A stretch of DNA of 48,538 bases from a virus (IMGVR_UViG_2740892445_000002); one strand, 5' to 3'; positions 21,057 to 30,697 are shown, counted from the first letter of the stretch. Notes: generated by a model not told the origin, from the letters alone. Program-made: numbers and translations.

Positions 21057-22968
21057 TCACTCCTCCGGACAGCTTCGCTGCCAGTTCTTTAAGGGTTGGC
21101 CGGGTCGTCTCTTCTTCCCGGGATTTTGCCAGTACAGCCAGATCAAGCTGCCAGCGTTGCACGGACACACGTAATGCCGCGTAGGCATACACCAGGCAGT
21201 CCAGCGCTTCGTTACGCCGCTTTTTGTTATCCCACAGCAGACGCATCTTTCCTTTTTCCCACTTCTCCACAAGCTCCTCCGCGACCAGTTGCTGCGCCTC
21301 TGTCTGCGAAAAAATCTCCGGATCATCAGGAAAACGGATGGCATATGACGTGGCTTCATCCGCAGGCATGGGATCGGCTTTCATACGGGCATAGAGAATT
21401 TCTTTTGCGGTGTCCGTCCCCACTTCACACAGATACACGCCCCGCTGATTGCGGGTTTTTGGCATGGTGATCACCGGCTTGCCATAGACAGATGCGCCTT
21501 TTACCGGCAGCACCCGGAAAACACCGTGTTTTTTTGACCTCTGATAAACGATTTCGCCATCGATCCCCCCGGTGTCCCAGCAGACACGGGAAATGGTTAT
21601 TTCGGTACCGTCTGCATGGCGGTATTTTTTGTTGATCGCCGCATCCACACGTAACAGCGTCTCTTCCTCATCAGGACGCCCCATAATGATGATTTTATCC
21701 ACCAGAAAGGCTTCCTCTCCCGGAGCCCATCCCCAGACATACATCTCAAAACGGTTTCGCTGCGAGTCAATACCCGCCGTCAGATAAACCACCCGGGCAG
21801 GCACCGCCGCCGTGTAATGAACAACCTTATCCATCAGTACCTGGTGATCGAGTTTTTCGCCCACGGCCTCTTCCCAGGTCTCGCCCAGCGTGGTGTTCAC
21901 AAAGGTTTTCAGGCCGTTGGGATCTTTCAGTGCATCCAGCCAGTCATAGACAATCTGTACCCAGGTGGTGAACGGACTGTACGCCGTCCAGATATGGAAC
22001 GTGATGGAGCGCGGCGGCGGAATTTCATTACCCGCAGCGCTGAAAAACGTCAGACCGTCACGGGTCCACATGCCCGTGTTTTCACAGATCCACCGCCCGT
22101 TGCTCTGGTCAAGTTCAGACTGACGGATCACGCAACCATTATGTTCACAGAGGTAGAAAACACTTTCGGGTCTGTCCTTCTCCCATTTAAGGCCAAAAGG
22201 CGTGGACTCATCGCCAAATTTCAGATACTGCTCCTCCCCACAGTGCGGGCAGGGCACATAAAAACGCATGAAATGTGCCGACTCGTTAGCGGCTTTTTCG
22301 ATCTGGCAGGTGCCTTTGATTTTAGGCGTCGAGCCGCGAATGGATTTTGGCCATACAGAGCCCTCAATACGTTTATCCCCCAGCAGGGTTGGCGAACCCT
22401 CTTTTTCGACATCCGGCTCGAACGAGGAAAGCTCGTCATAACAGACCACATCCACGGATTTTTCACGGTAGTTTTTGGCGGCAGCACCACCCAGGCACCA
22501 GAAGCCCACACCCGATGAAAAGCGTTTCAGCGTGAGAGTATTATCACGATGTTTACGACCCAGCCATGGGGAAAGGTCTTTCAGGCATGGCACGTCCCGA
22601 ATCGTCGCCTCCACATGAGACTTCATAAAATCTTCAGCGGCAGAATCCGTAGGCTGAAAAAGCAGACTGTTTCGGGATTTATGCTCAATAAAATACCCGA
22701 TCACCCCCAGCAACATCTTTGTATAGCCAACACGGGCAGATTTAATCAGATTAACAGTGCGGCTCTGATCATTCCCCATACTGTTCATGATGGCGATCTG
22801 GAATGGCAGCGTTTTCCATTCGCCGTCACCGTATGAGGATTCTTTAGGCAGATAATAATTTTGATCAGCCCATTCAACTGCCGTCATCGGTACAACCCTG
22901 ACCAGAGGCTGCAGCGCAACCGAAACGGCAGCCATCATATTATTCAGTTGTTGCTCTGATATATTCAT
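21040..22968 (-). CDS. A: terminase large subunit A
   Basis: Start set at MNISEQQ...; ...TAVEWADQNYYLPKES..., ...KSARVGYTKMLLGV..., ...KRRNEALDCLVYA... as in lambda gpA. Confidence 0.95.
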   Translation of the reverse strand: MNISEQQLNNMMAAVSVALQPLVRVVPMTAVEWADQNYYLPKESSYGDGEWKTLPFQIAIMNSMGNDQSRTVNLIKSARVGYTKMLLGVIGYFIEHKSRNSLLFQPTDSAAEDFMKSHVEATIRDVPCLKDLSPWLGRKHRDNTLTLKRFSSGVGFWCLGGAAAKNYREKSVDVVCYDELSSFEPDVEKEGSPTLLGDKRIEGSVWPKSIRGSTPKIKGTCQIEKAANESAHFMRFYVPCPHCGEEQYLKFGDESTPFGLKWEKDRPESVFYLCEHNGCVIRQSELDQSNGRWICENTGMWTRDGLTFFSAAGNEIPPPRSITFHIWTAYSPFTTWVQIVYDWLDALKDPNGLKTFVNTTLGETWEEAVGEKLDHQVLMDKVVHYTAAVPARVVYLTAGIDSQRNRFEMYVWGWAPGEEAFLVDKIIIMGRPDEEETLLRVDAAINKKYRHADGTEITISRVCWDTGGIDGEIVYQRSKKHGVFRVLPVKGASVYGKPVITMPKTRNQRGVYLCEVGTDTAKEILYARMKADPMPADEATSYAIRFPDDPEIFSQTEAQQLVAEELVEKWEKGKMRLLWDNKKRRNEALDCLVYAYAALRVSVQRWQLDLAVLAKSREEETTRPTLKELAAKLSGGVNGYSR

Positions 22969-23449
22969 CAAGTAAATCCGGTAATTTATCCCCTGCCCGC
23001 GCACACTGATTTGCGCCCTTTGCAATAAGGGTTTTCAGATGTTCAATATGACGTGGCGTTAAATCCGGGAACTGTCGCTGCATGGATAAAGGGATGGAAT
23101 CAAGCGTACTGGATAACGCCATTGCCAGCTTACTGAGGGCAAAAATACAGAATCCGGTGTCGATCAGTTTTCCTTTTGACACCTCATTTTTTAGCTGTTG
23201 TGTAACGGCCTGTTCTGCTGTCAGTTCCCATCTGGCAATAAGCAATTTCTCTTCATAATCTTCTTCCGGCTCACCATCAGACACATCGTTTTTACTTCTC
23301 CTCAGATACGATATGTAAAAATCACGCCAGGCATCCAGATCCAGTTGCCCTCGCTTATTCGAGACCGGAGCACCCGGTAATTTCTGCAATCTGCGAAGCT
23401 GGCGATCGGTCAGACTTAAATGCCTGGCAACTTCAGTCTGCGTAGCCAC
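22940..23449 (-). CDS. Nu1: terminase small subunit (Nu1-like)
   Basis: 169 aa directly upstream of A and downstream of cos; C-terminal half Nu1-like, N-terminal HTH divergent. Confidence 0.8.
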   Translation of the reverse strand: MATQTEVARHLSLTDRQLRRLQKLPGAPVSNKRGQLDLDAWRDFYISYLRRSKNDVSDGEPEEDYEEKLLIARWELTAEQAVTQQLKNEVSKGKLIDTGFCIFALSKLAMALSSTLDSIPLSMQRQFPDLTPRHIEHLKTLIAKGANQCARAGDKLPDLLDEYIRATTE

Positions 23450-23489
23450 TCCTCACCTCGCAAAAACTCTCACCTCACAATCACGACAA

Positions 23490-23680
23490 AACCGGTCATG
23501 TCCGGTTCACATGCTCATTTTTTGCGCATGTCCGGTTCACAGAAGACCTGTTTTTATATTTTTCATATAGTTAACTTGCAGAGAAACCGGACATGGATCC
23601 CGGAAAATTTTCATAAATAGTGAAAACGCGCGAGGTCGCCGCCCCGTAGCCTGCCGGATCGCCGGAAAGGACCCACAAAA
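23490..23680 (-). other. lambda-type cos site (cosQ-cosN-cosB)
   Basis: Minus strand reads ...GGGTCCTTTCCGGCGATCCGGCAGGCTACGGGGCGGCGACCTCGCGCGTTTTCACTATTTATGAAAATTTTCCGGG, nearly the lambda cos junction as I recall it, including the 12-nt GGGCGGCGACCT end (about 23633-23644); three ATGTCCGGTT repeats (two direct, one inverted) in the cosB position. Confidence 0.75.
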
Positions 23681-23843
23681 TGATAATAATTATCATCTAC
23701 ATGTCACAACGTGCATCTACGCCATCAAACCACGTCAAATAATCAATTATGACGCAGGTATCGTATTAATTGATCTGCATCAACTTAACGTAAAAACAAC
23801 TTCAGACAATACAAATCAACGACACTGAATACGGGGCAACCTC

Positions 23844-24038
23844 ATGTCAACTAAGAATAGAACCCGCAGAACAACAACCCGCAACATCCGCTTTCCTAAC
23901 CAAATGATTGAACAAATCAACATCGCTCTTGATCAAAAAGGGTCCGGGAATTTCTCAGCCTGGGTCATTGAAGCCTGCCGTCGGAGACTAACGTCAGAAA
24001 AGAGAGCATATACATCAATCCAAAGTGATGATGAATGA
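23844..24038 (+). CDS. small ribbon-helix-helix-like protein (YlcI/DUF3950-like)
   Basis: 64 aa, MSTKNRTRRTTTRNIRFPNQMIEQINIALDQKGSGNFSAWVIEACRRRL...; resembles small prophage proteins of the DLP12 ylcI type. Confidence 0.5.
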   Translation: MSTKNRTRRTTTRNIRFPNQMIEQINIALDQKGSGNFSAWVIEACRRRLTSEKRAYTSIQSDDE

Positions 24039-24170
24039 ACATCCCGGTTTCTTCCACCATCGCACCGGAAAAGCGACTATGAGGGTAACCCTGCGTCTGT
24101 CAGCACAGTAAAACCCGGTATGCATCGCTTTTGATTATCTCCGCACACTCGTGCAGAGGAGTATCCCGTA

Positions 24171-24356
24171 ATGGCTGCGGTCTCTGTTAATGCGGGAACA
24201 CGGCGACAATACAGCGCCAGTTATGGGTATGAAAATCCTCACCAGCGCAAAGCTATATCAACCTGTAGTGATGCAAAATTACCCGTAGCAAAAGGTATCT
24301 CCGCACATATGCAAGAACACAGCCTTAAAAACTCAGATGAAATAATGATTTGTTAA
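24171..24356 (+). CDS. hypothetical small protein
   Basis: 61 aa ORF with GAGGAG Shine-Dalgarno 9 nt upstream; no family recognised. Confidence 0.3.
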   Translation: MAAVSVNAGTRRQYSASYGYENPHQRKAISTCSDAKLPVAKGISAHMQEHSLKNSDEIMIC

Positions 24357-24403
24357 GATTTATATTATATGTTCGACATGGTACAACACTTAAGGGATGA
24401 AAT

Positions 24404-24946
24404 ATGAACAGATACTCTAAACTTCAAATTCAATTACATTGGCTGACTCTCGTATTAATAGCTATAGCCTGTGCTGCAATGGAACTTCGAGGTTTGTTTC
24501 CTAAAGGGTCTTCCTCCTATTTGCTTATGAGAGAAACACATTACAATGCTGGTATATTTATTCTTCTACTGATGATAATAAGAGTAATTATCAATAATAA
24601 ATATATAACACCAGCTATTACGCCGCCCCCACCTGCATGGCAAATGATATCAGCCAAATTCATGCAAACCCTGTTATACATATCTTTTTTGGTGTTACCA
24701 GTATCAGGACTTGCAATCATGGTTTTTGGAGGTAAAGCATGGAGCCTTCTGGGGATTGATATTCCCACTTTCGCTAACACCGACGGAGAAGTAAAATCCG
24801 TAGCCAAAACTATTCATGAATCACTTGCAAATATTGGTTATTTATTAATCACACTCCATGCTGGCGCTGCATTAATTCATCATTATATTCAGAAGGACAA
24901 TACACTTGTCAGAATGCTCCCTGAGCACCAGCATGATAAAAAGTGA
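24404..24946 (+). CDS. cytochrome b561 family protein (moron in bor position)
   Basis: 180 aa, four predicted transmembrane helices, conserved His positions typical of the CybB/b561 family. Confidence 0.8.
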   Translation: MNRYSKLQIQLHWLTLVLIAIACAAMELRGLFPKGSSSYLLMRETHYNAGIFILLLMIIRVIINNKYITPAITPPPPAWQMISAKFMQTLLYISFLVLPVSGLAIMVFGGKAWSLLGIDIPTFANTDGEVKSVAKTIHESLANIGYLLITLHAGAALIHHYIQKDNTLVRMLPEHQHDKK

Positions 24947-24966
24947 GGAAGAGAAGAATCATCACT

Positions 24967-24992
24967 CTGACAGGTATTTTATAATACCTGTC
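24967..24992. terminator. palindromic hairpin between convergent cytochrome b561 and Rz genes
   Basis: TGACAGGTA-ttttataa-TACCTGTCA perfect 9-bp inverted repeat. Confidence 0.5.
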
Positions 24993-25020
24993 ACACTCTG
25001 TACCTCAGTTTCAGTGACTA

Positions 25021-25527
25021 TTAATACGTCTCTGTCAGATAACTTGAATCTCTGACTGAATTATAAATGCGTTCACATGTCAATCCAGCGCGGTAATTTT
25101 CGTCAGCGCGTTTAGCATAATATCCAGCTTCTTCTGCAAGGCTTCCGAGCATGTCGGCGAGCATTGCGACGTTGCTTTCGATTGTTTTGCTTCTGACGGT
25201 AGCGGCAATATTTGCGGTATGCTCTGCCGCTTCCAGTCTGACGGTAAGCTTTGTTGCTTTTTCCCGCAACTGACTAACAGTGGCAGATAAACCAGCAGCA
25301 GTAGCATTGGCTTTGACAGCTTTCTCTTGTGCATCTTTGACAGCCTCATCACGGGCAACAATACGCCCCTGTTCAATCATCCTGACAGCAATCTGCGTAT
25401 TAACAATCTGCGACGACTCTTCACTGTCCCGCTCAGCCCATTTCGTTTGCCATTCTCTTTCACACCAGACATTTCCAGCAATAAATGAGCCAATTGACAG
25501 CAATACAATGGCCACAAGCTTAATCAA
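25021..25527 (-). CDS. Rz: i-spanin (Rz-like)
   Basis: 168 aa, N-terminal TM helix then coiled coil; start overlaps endolysin stop (ATGA). Confidence 0.8.
   Translation of the reverse strand: MIKLVAIVLLSIGSFIAGNVWCEREWQTKWAERDSEESSQIVNTQIAVRMIEQGRIVARDEAVKDAQEKAVKANATAAGLSATVSQLREKATKLTVRLEAAEHTANIAATVRSKTIESNVAMLADMLGSLAEEAGYYAKRADENYRAGLTCERIYNSVRDSSYLTETY
25080..25307 (-). CDS. Rz1: o-spanin lipoprotein (Rz1-like) embedded in Rz in +1 frame
   Basis: Internal Met then MLLLLVYLPLLVSCGKK lipobox; fully nested within Rz. Confidence 0.6.
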   Translation of the reverse strand: MLLLLVYLPLLVSCGKKQQSLPSDWKRQSIPQILPLPSEAKQSKATSQCSPTCSEALQKKLDIMLNALTKITALD

Positions 25528-26057
25528 TTATCTATCCCCCAGCACGTCAGCATGCTTTCCTGGTCACGCCGTGATACCTGACCAGAGCAGTTGTTTGAGC
25601 GAATACGGCAGTCTTTGCCACCATCCTTAATCCACCAGCGAATCGCCTCGCAGGCACCTTTACGATCACCGGCATTAAGCCGCTTATAAAACGTCGACGG
25701 GAAACACTTACCTGGGCCAATGTTGTACGGACAGAACGACGCGATACCTGCTTTCTGCGGTTCAGTCAGCGGTACCTGGATATTTTCCTCCACCCACGCC
25801 AGCGCCTTATTGCGCTCGATGGCGTTCACCTGCTCGCATTTTGTCTTCGTCAGTTTCATGCCAGGAACGACAGGCTTACCGTCCACCATTGTGGCACCAC
25901 GGCAGATGGTCCAGATACCCGTACCATCACGGTATGCTGTTATGTGGTTGCCTTCCTTTTCATCCAGAAACTGGTCGAGAATTTCAGGCGCAGAAGCCCC
26001 TGCGGCAATCAGCGCCAGAACGGCAGCCGACAGGCCGTATCTGATTTTTGTGTTCAT
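25524..26057 (-). CDS. R: SAR-type endolysin (GH24 lysozyme R)
   Basis: 177 aa; N-terminal Gly/Ala-rich signal-anchor segment, catalytic E...D...T region (EKEGNHITAYRDGTGIWT). Confidence 0.9.
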   Translation of the reverse strand: MNTKIRYGLSAAVLALIAAGASAPEILDQFLDEKEGNHITAYRDGTGIWTICRGATMVDGKPVVPGMKLTKTKCEQVNAIERNKALAWVEENIQVPLTEPQKAGIASFCPYNIGPGKCFPSTFYKRLNAGDRKGACEAIRWWIKDGGKDCRIRSNNCSGQVSRRDQESMLTCWGIDN

Positions 26058-26174
26058 GGGGATTTATCGTTTTTTAATCTCTTGATATGTTAAGTATATA
26101 ATCCAACACTCATGGCAGGTCTCATAAACATATCCCTTGAGACACAACAGATAACAACAAATGAGGCCTTATAA

Positions 26175-26489
26175 ATGAACAGTAAAGAAAGTTTGCGCAG
26201 AAGATTTTTACAACTAATGACAGAAAACGTTAAATCAGAGTTACTTCTTCAGATGGCGGACAATAACGAAGTAACGAGCAGCATTCTTGCAGACCCTTAC
26301 GGTAAACTCTCACATAAAACGCTTGATATTATTACCACAACATTAACACCACTGATGCTTCAACGGCTGAAACATAATATCAACGCATGGGTTAATGAAG
26401 AATTAAGTCCTCCCTGCTTATGGGATTCTCGTTACGCATGTCAGCAAAAAATGCGAATTTTCAACTTACTATCACCAAAGCTCAGGTAG
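26175..26489 (+). CDS. hypothetical protein, YdfR-like (DUF1327-type), opposite strand between holin and endolysin
   Basis: 104 aa, AT-rich gene with GAGG Shine-Dalgarno 8 nt upstream; position matches ydfR of Qin. Confidence 0.55.
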   Translation: MNSKESLRRRFLQLMTENVKSELLLQMADNNEVTSSILADPYGKLSHKTLDIITTTLTPLMLQRLKHNINAWVNEELSPPCLWDSRYACQQKMRIFNLLSPKLR

Positions 26490-26744
26490 CCATAAAATCC
26501 TGCCCTTCATGGCATACAGGATATCAATGGAATCACAATGACCGCCTCTTGCACAGCTGTGTCCCTGACACCCCGACAACTCAAATTTTCAGTATCTTCT
26601 GCTATCTAAAGAGAAAGCATACAAAGTCAAGGACCTTTCATCACATCCTGTTATTGATTGCCTGTTACCTTTGCATACCTCAGGGAACGTTTTTTCAGTT
26701 AGAAATATTCATTTTACAACCAGTTCGTATTTTTTATTCATCGA

Positions 26745-26960
26745 CTACTCTCCCCGCGCCGCCTTACGACGGTCCTCTTTAATCTTGAAGTACAGGTTCG
26801 TCAGGTACGTTAACAGACCAAACAGCAGACTCCCCAGCACGCCTATTGCCGCCCACTGAGACGGGGATACCCTGTCCAGCAACTGCAGGAACCAGTATCC
26901 CGTCCCCACCGCAGACGTGGTGTATGACACACCTGTTGTGATTTTTTCCATCTGGTACAT
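26745..26960 (-). CDS. S: class II holin (phage 21 S-like pinholin) with dual-start motif
   Basis: 71 aa, ...[45 protein letters not shown] as in S21; Met1 and Met4 dual starts. Confidence 0.9.
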   Translation of the reverse strand: MYQMEKITTGVSYTTSAVGTGYWFLQLLDRVSPSQWAAIGVLGSLLFGLLTYLTNLYFKIKEDRRKAARGE

Positions 26961-27037
26961 ATCCCCGCCTCCCGTTCACCGGAAGCGCACGATAATAAAA
27001 GACCACCGCAATATGCTGGTGGCCTGTGCGTCATGTA

Positions 27038-27343
27038 TCACAGCATGGTTGCTGGCTCCGGCTGCAGAACATCATTTGGTTGTTCCTCACCACCGGTTTG
27101 TGCCTCAGGTCGTTCGCTGCTGTTTTCCACCGGAGAATCTGCTGTATTCTCACCATCCCCTGCCTGTGGCGCAGATGCCCCCTCAGCAGGTCCGATAAGC
27201 TCATCCAGAATCGCTTCCACATCCGCATCAATCTGAGCCTCAAACGTTTTACGGATAGACGCTTTCAGCGTCCCGCGGACTTCTTCAGTGCGCAGCGCTG
27301 ACTTCACTGCATCAGCAGTGACCAGTTTTTTCATTTCTGTCAT
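27038..27343 (-). CDS. hypothetical acidic protein upstream of holin
   Basis: About 101 aa from internal Met (MTEMKKLVTADAV...), acidic C-terminus. Confidence 0.45.
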   Translation of the reverse strand: MTEMKKLVTADAVKSALRTEEVRGTLKASIRKTFEAQIDADVEAILDELIGPAEGASAPQAGDGENTADSPVENSSERPEAQTGGEEQPNDVLQPEPATML

Positions 27344-27368
27344 GGTTTTTTCTCGCTGTAAGATGTGA

Positions 27369-27545
27369 TTACGGGAGGGACGTGGACTTTGGCTCTGCTG
27401 ACTGACCGGCACTGATTTTTTCAGCCGCCATGGCATCAATCTTTTTACAGATGTAGTTTCGGATGATTTTATAACCGCCACTAACCAGATACAGTGCACA
27501 CACAGCCGTACAGAAATACAGCTGTATTTGCTGAATAAATGACAT
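27369..27545 (-). CDS. possible small membrane protein (58 aa)
   Basis: Hand-found ORF MSFIQQIQLYFCTAVCALYLVSGGYKII... below the track length cutoff; weak RBS. Confidence 0.25.
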   Translation of the reverse strand: MSFIQQIQLYFCTAVCALYLVSGGYKIIRNYICKKIDAMAAEKISAGQSAEPKSTSLP

Positions 27546-27707
27546 ATACCCTTACCTTTAATATTGACTGGAGAAACAGTTTTAAGGTAAAAAATTACTG
27601 AGTTAATGGTTATCTCTTATTGCAAGCATTGTATCCCTTTATGGGTTGTGAATATCACCCGCCAGTCAACAAATGGCTCTTTGACCGGCGGGATTTTTTT
27701 ATCCTGC

Positions 27708-29642
27708 TTACGCGTTATTCACTTCCACCACAATGCTGTCAATCAGCACCGGGTATGTTGCACCATTAGTGATATCGGTCACACGCAACTTGTCTGCCGT
27801 AAAAATTCCGACAGTGGACTGCGACAGCATGAACGGCGTCCCGTCCTTACCATCAATGACCGGCGTCACCTCAATACTGTTGTTACCGGCGAAACGGAAG
27901 CCCAACGTATGCCATTCGTTATTAAATGCACCGAATGACCCCAGTTTCATGTTTTGCGCCGTATCGCCCTTGTGGTACATCACGTTAAGGTCTGTCGCAT
28001 CGCTCTGAACGTAAAAAGATGCCAGCAGGTTATGACCAGCATTACCTTCCAGGGTAACCCCTTGTGGCAGGGCAGAAACCGGCCAGTACAGCGCCAGTGC
28101 GTACTGATTAGCCGTAAGCGCGCCATCAAGTTTAAAACGACAACTGACAAGGCCGCCTTTGCCCAGCAGGTCGGCACCATTACCGGCATCATGTTCCAGG
28201 TACCAGGAGGATTTTCCCGTCGCTTTGGTAAGCTTCATCGCCTTACCTCCACTGGCTCCGGCATCATCCACAACAGCGGCACTACCTCCGCCAGCCCCCC
28301 AGCCCTGTGGAGTCAGTTGTCCTTCCGAATCGCTGGCCCTGTATGCAAACAGTGTTGTCATCCCGGTAGTTTCACCCGGTGATGTTGATGGAGTGTCAGG
28401 TGATGGCTTCTCATCCGGTGGTGTCACGGCCTGCCCGCCCAGCAGTTCAGCCGTGCGCCCTGCATGGAGCAGAATAGAGGAGGCCAGACGGTCAGAAATG
28501 ATGCCCCTGCGTGCCCATGAACTGAAATGGCTGTCACGCTGTGTCGAGACAAAACTGCCCTGGGTACGGGATGCCGCACCGTAATACCCGACAGCCACAA
28601 TATCCGGATCTTCCGTCGGAGCATTCGTTGGCGTGTTCTGTCCATTCTCATCCGTCAGGAACGGTACAAAGAAAATATTCTGAGTTTCCTTGCCTTTGTA
28701 GCCACCGTATACCGCCTCATATTTATCGGTGCCAGCGTTTTTCCAGTAATATGTCGTATCACCACAAATCCACGGCACCGTGCCAGCATTTCCACTCACA
28801 CACTGCACAGCAAGCGGAGACAGGTCAGTTCTGAACTGCTGAACCATGGTCGTGAATAAACCATTATGCTGCTGACTTCCCGATGCAAGGTCTGCTTCTC
28901 CCTGCATCCAGACCACTGCCAGAAGTTTGTTTTTCGGGTTCTTCGCCAGCGCCGCTCTGGTACGGCTTACCAGGTCCTGATACAGAGGTTTACCGACTCC
29001 CCAGCGTGAAGAATCAGCGGAAGCACCGCTGGCCTCACTGAATGAACCGTCCGGCCCGGTGGTGAATGCTGACCCGCCACGGCAACAGGGCACCAGAAGT
29101 ATCCCGGCATTCTGCGGGATATAAGGCAGCAGTTTTTTGGCAATATGCAGCCCCTGACTCACACAACCATACTGCCCCTTGTTCAGGTCAGCTTTTGGGT
29201 GGTTTATCCCGCTCATGTCCTGCACATCATGCAGGCAGTGGTCTGCCGGAATGATGTCATTGTATTTACACGGCGTACCACCTGGCGTGACCGTGCTGCG
29301 GCGTGCCAGTTGCTTAATCCGTGGATCCGGGCGGTCAAATGAATCCGGTAACGGAAGCCCTTCACCATAGGCCATGCCATTTGACTGCCCCGCCAGAACA
29401 ACAACAAAGTAATATTCTGGCTCACTGACTGTGCTCATTACCGTACCGCTGTCACCCGACGGCTTCACCACAACAGGCGTGGTGACATCACCCTCCGCTG
29501 CAATCGCCTGCATCAGGGTATAAGGCGTAATAGCAACCGGACTGCCAAACGGCTGCCAGCCTTCCTTCAGTTTTTGTGACAGTCGCTCCGCAAGCTCTGA
29601 CGGTGAAGCCGCCCTGACCACACCATAATGCTTAAATGTCAT
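27708..29642 (-). CDS. nanS-p: prophage sialate O-acetylesterase (NanS-p-like, SGNH hydrolase)
   Basis: Start set at Met35 behind GGGAGGAG Shine-Dalgarno; protein resembles the NanS-p esterases found downstream of stx in Stx phages. Confidence 0.8.
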   Translation of the reverse strand: MTFKHYGVVRAASPSELAERLSQKLKEGWQPFGSPVAITPYTLMQAIAAEGDVTTPVVVKPSGDSGTVMSTVSEPEYYFVVVLAGQSNGMAYGEGLPLPDSFDRPDPRIKQLARRSTVTPGGTPCKYNDIIPADHCLHDVQDMSGINHPKADLNKGQYGCVSQGLHIAKKLLPYIPQNAGILLVPCCRGGSAFTTGPDGSFSEASGASADSSRWGVGKPLYQDLVSRTRAALAKNPKNKLLAVVWMQGEADLASGSQQHNGLFTTMVQQFRTDLSPLAVQCVSGNAGTVPWICGDTTYYWKNAGTDKYEAVYGGYKGKETQNIFFVPFLTDENGQNTPTNAPTEDPDIVAVGYYGAASRTQGSFVSTQRDSHFSSWARRGIISDRLASSILLHAGRTAELLGGQAVTPPDEKPSPDTPSTSPGETTGMTTLFAYRASDSEGQLTPQGWGAGGGSAAVVDDAGASGGKAMKLTKATGKSSWYLEHDAGNGADLLGKGGLVSCRFKLDGALTANQYALALYWPVSALPQGVTLEGNAGHNLLASFYVQSDATDLNVMYHKGDTAQNMKLGSFGAFNNEWHTLGFRFAGNNSIEVTPVIDGKDGTPFMLSQSTVGIFTADKLRVTDITNGATYPVLIDSIVVEVNNA

Positions 29643-29814
29643 TGCTCCTCCCGGACGGGATAATGTGTTAACTAAGATGAGAGAGCAGGTGACAGCCCCG
29701 GCCGCATGAAAGTTCTGAGAGGGAAGTGCTGCCTGCTGCTCCATTGCACAGATTAATTACTGTCTGGTAGTATTCAGTGGCTGATTAGAATACTTCACAT
29801 TTTGTTATTTTGTG

Positions 29815-29846
29815 CAGCCCGTTACCATTCGTAGCGGGCTTTTTTT
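29815..29846 (+). terminator. plus-strand hairpin plus T-run upstream of nanS-p
   Basis: AGCCCG-ttaccattcgta-CGGGCT followed by TTTTTTT. Confidence 0.4.
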
Positions 29847-29851
29847 GTCCA

Positions 29852-29876
29852 TAAAAAAGCCCCTCCGGAGAGGGGC
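29852..29876 (-). terminator. intrinsic terminator after repeat unit 1
   Basis: Minus-strand GCCCCUC-UCCG-GAGGGGC followed by UUUUUUAU. Confidence 0.6.
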
Positions 29877-29898
29877 ATACTAGCTATATATCCATTTA

Positions 29899-30026
29899 TC
29901 ATTGGCTGCGTGGTGCCGGGTGCCTCCCGGTGAGCTCAGTCTGGTGTCACTGAGCCCGCACATTCTCGATCCAAGTTATCGTCGGAGATAATACCTGATA
30001 CACCAGACGCCCCTCCGCACAGGGGG
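29899..30026 (-). repeat. tRNA-like cloverleaf repeat unit 1 (candidate structured ncRNA)
   Basis: Conserved blocks GGTGCCGGGTGCCTCCCGGTG and CCCCTCCGCACAGGGGGATTCACCA; terminal stem CGTGGTG/CACCACG; variable interior. Confidence 0.5.
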
Positions 30027-30263
30027 ATTCACCACGCGCAGAGAAGGATACTGAACACTATTTTCTCCAGGCAATATGCAATAACATGAAGTGTGAGATG
30101 ACTTACAATTATAAAAAACAGCCTACAGAATACTCCTAAATAAAGCCATATCAAAATGAGTAACACAAAAAGGAACCAGGCAAAAATTTACGAGCAGGTA
30201 TTATCCAGCAACAGTTCAGACGCCATAACTTATTGCCGATAGCTACCATCAATAATTTCTTTC

Positions 30264-30289
30264 ATAAAAAAGCCCCTCTGAAGAGGGGC
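30264..30289 (-). terminator. intrinsic terminator after repeat unit 2
   Basis: Minus-strand GCCCCUC-UUCA-GAGGGGC followed by UUUUUUAU. Confidence 0.6.
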
Positions 30290-30316
30290 TGACATACGCA
30301 TTTGCTTTCATCATCA

Positions 30317-30439
30317 ATATGGCGCCGGGTGCCTCCCGGTGCTCCATAACTGATTAATATGGAACGCGGTTTCATTCAGTTGCATTCATGAATAACACTC
30401 TAATCAGTCCGCCCCGCCGCTTAGGGGGATTCGCCATAT
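30317..30439 (-). repeat. tRNA-like cloverleaf repeat unit 2 (candidate structured ncRNA)
   Basis: Same blocks with compensatory changes (GGCGCC... / ...GATTCGCCA); terminal stem ATATGGCG/CGCCATAT; interior closed by ACTGATTA/TAATCAGT. Confidence 0.5.
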
Positions 30440-30574
30440 AAATTGAAAGTACTGAACACATCTGTCACAAACAATATGCAATTGTATGAATTGTGAGATT
30501 ATTATCAATAACACAAAATTACAGCTCTAGTACATAAACAGCAGATTAAACAAGAACAACAAAAGTATTGAATT

Positions 30575-30697
30575 GCACGGTGCCGGGTGCCTCCCGGTGA
30601 ATTCTGCAATGACCAGACAGAATCCGCAACTTGCTACTAACGCTAATGCGACCAAGCCTCAGTCATTATGCCCCTCCGCACAGGGGGATTCACCATG
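30575..30697 (-). repeat. tRNA-like cloverleaf repeat unit 3 (candidate structured ncRNA)
   Basis: Same conserved blocks; terminal stem GCACGGTG/CACCATGC (one mismatch); interior closed by AATGAC/GTCATT. Confidence 0.5.

Noticed and set aside
26420-26782. 120-aa plus-strand ORF overlapping the holin
   Set aside because: Antisense to conserved holin; hydrophobic junk-like translation.
27038-27499. Full 153-aa reading of the ORF upstream of holin
   Set aside because: N-terminal 52 codons lack a ribosome-binding site and overlap a more plausible small ORF; start moved to Met53.
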